A DNA stretch of 63,960 bases, the filler included, from Ionaspis alba (taxonomy: Eukaryota), in the NCBI GenBank assembly GCA_964255285.1. It is 3 parts of 3 records of this genome, joined end to end, with 100 filler letters (N's around TTAATTAATTAA, not from the genome) between each part and the next. Parts side by side here need not be neighbours in the genome. Positions count along the whole stretch, not along the records: positions 43,336 to 63,960 come from CAXUUL010000242.1; 2 more parts are not named here. The stretch is one strand, 5' to 3'. This document shows, piece after piece, positions 63,284 to 63,960 of the stretch. Position 1 is the first letter of the stretch. Every line of letters begins with the position of its first letter. Below the pieces are notes generated by a model. It was given only the letters and a program-made list of their open reading frames with translations, made no database searches and had not been told where the DNA came from. The position numbers were made by a program, and so were the translations under genes.

Positions 63284-63960
63284 TTGGCACCTTTTTTGAT
63301 AGCTCATTAAATCACACCATGAGCTAGAACACAACTGGTAGCCGCCAGCATAACGTAAGGTATCTGGGCATTCTACCTCGGGAAAGCAGAAGATAAGCTG
63401 ACTACGTACGCGGACAGCTTGGAGCAGTCACATCGCCTTAAAACAATCAAATAGACGTTCAAGAAATCTAGAACAGATCTAGAACTGTAAAATACCACAA
63501 GGCGAGTTGCGGGATGGCTTACCGGGGAAAAATTACTTCTCCGACCCATTCATCCTACTGTTTAGTGCATCCCAGAGATAGCTTCCGAAGACCACACATG
63601 CATCTTCCACCCCTATATTGGTCTGCGTTGATTGTGTCTCTTGACCGTGCATATGCAATTGTGGTTACAGTCATCGACGAGAGCTGAGCGAAAGCCAAAT
63701 CCTTTAAAAAGAGCAGCGAAGCATTAAACCTTCCGACTTGCCAATCGCAGTCTAGTAGGATGCACCAGCAACCAGCTTCATGGCCGTGACTTGATCCCGC
63801 CCGTCGATCGCTGGCAACCTTCCAGGGCGCAAATCCTTCTAGTCCTTCTAGCTTACCGCGGGCCGTCCGCTGCTACCTTATCAGCATTGCCGTAGTTCAC
63901 GCCGCCGACGACGGATCAAATGCTTGTCAGTCTCGCTTGCATCATTGACGTGCGGATGTA

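Noticed and set aside
1..63960. CRISPR arrays, rRNA, tRNA, autonomous transposons, Starship captain or PKS/NRPS core genes
   Set aside because: None recognisable in this window.

Overview
Gene-dense eukaryotic DNA from a filamentous ascomycete (Pezizomycotina, inferred from short GT-AG introns with CTRAC-type branch sites and from the fungal orthologues; finer taxonomy is not determinable here). It is a draft scaffold with eight 100-nt gaps, two of which contain an artificial TTAATTAATTAA linker, so several genes are truncated and adjacency across gaps is unproven. About 24 protein-coding loci are present. The housekeeping and cell-cycle core comprises CAB4-like PPAT, a DCAF7-like WD40 protein, Atg28-like, a Tgl4-like patatin lipase, Ppc89/Cep57-like, Tfb3, Mrc1, Inn1/Fic1-like, histone H1, Mss4, Eco1 and glutamine synthetase. 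Accessory genes (F-box-like proteins, SDR, alpha/beta hydrolases, methyltransferase) are interspersed. Most notable observations: (1) a large uncharacterised protein whose N-terminus looks like a fused H2B-H2A histone-fold doublet and whose C-terminus carries four copies of a DFxxxxxP-type motif; (2) a divergent pair at the right end, made of an atypical P450 lacking the I-helix Thr and a COG2907/UfaD-like flavoprotein, each with a single inactivating lesion, with a 365-bp MITE (8-bp TSD) in their shared promoter and a thioesterase next door; (3) repeated sharp A/C-rich to G/T-rich strand-skew switches that ignore gene orientation. All family calls come from motif recognition by eye; no database searches were run.
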